This document shows, piece after piece, positions 63,904-64,000 of a DNA stretch of 64,000 nt (position 1 is its first letter; every line of letters starts with the position of its first letter). This DNA comes from an uncultured Gammaproteobacteria bacterium. GTDB taxonomy: Bacteria; Patescibacteriota; Microgenomatia; CAYQLK01. The stretch covers positions 158,245 through 222,244 of the forward strand of contig CAYOLO010000001.1 of NCBI GenBank assembly GCA_964404855.1. Direction: 5' to 3'. Below the pieces are notes generated by a model that was not told the DNA's origin, ran no database searches, and was given only the letters and a program-made list of their open reading frames with translations. The translations under genes were made by a program, and so were the position numbers.

Positions 63904-64000
63904 AGACTAACTTTGTAGATTAAAAATATTGGAGTACCTTCTTTGTCGTTAATTGTATGGATGTGAGTTTTGTCAACCGTGATTGAGGAATCTTCAACTG

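Overview
This is a low-GC bacterial chromosome segment that begins at the replication origin, with a monoderm or CPR/Saccharibacteria-like gene repertoire. That taxonomic reading is an inference from gene content only. In order, the window contains:

- **Origin region (1–2.6 kb).** A 5'-truncated dnaA, an intergenic oriC candidate with two perfect TTATCCACA DnaA boxes, dnaN, and a DUF721/DciA-like gene.
- **Type IV secretion/pilus-like locus (2.6–20.4 kb, mostly minus strand).** It encodes a VirB4 ATPase, a VirB6/TrbL-like polytopic protein, and a PrgI/VirB3-like protein fused to a long extracytoplasmic extension. It also encodes a 1165-aa membrane protein ending in an M23 peptidase and six tandem, divergent VirB2/TrbC-like pilin paralogs. 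No relaxase or VirD4 is visible.
- **Housekeeping and transport genes (20.4–29.7 kb).** A SpoIID/LytB protein, tmRNA (ssrA) with its promoter and terminator, smpB, a ComFC-like gene, an NlpE-like lipoprotein, an ABC-2 exporter pair, and tRNAs Ser(GGA), Arg(GCG) and Ser(TGA).
- **Composite integrated element (30.0–38.0 kb) at the 3' end of tRNA-Ser(TGA).** It has a large serine recombinase bracketed by ~200-bp inverted repeats. Next comes a C-protein plus two-methyltransferase plus putative REase restriction-modification cassette and an RloC-like Rad50-type ATPase/anticodon-nuclease candidate. That cassette is bracketed by ~340-bp GC-rich inverted repeats full of perfect palindromes. All junctions share a CCGCCA core.
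- **Remaining genes (38–64 kb).** tRNA-Ser(CGA) and tRNA-Ser(GCT), NAD kinase, TspO, idi, two anomalously GC-rich patches, dnaG–rpoD, tRNA-Asn, a copper-handling cluster (CopC–cupredoxin fusion, YcnI-like, ferric-reductase-like), a class-A beta-lactamase-like hydrolase, an ABC-F ATPase, and three tandem Cys/His-rich paralogs of an apparently uncharacterised family.
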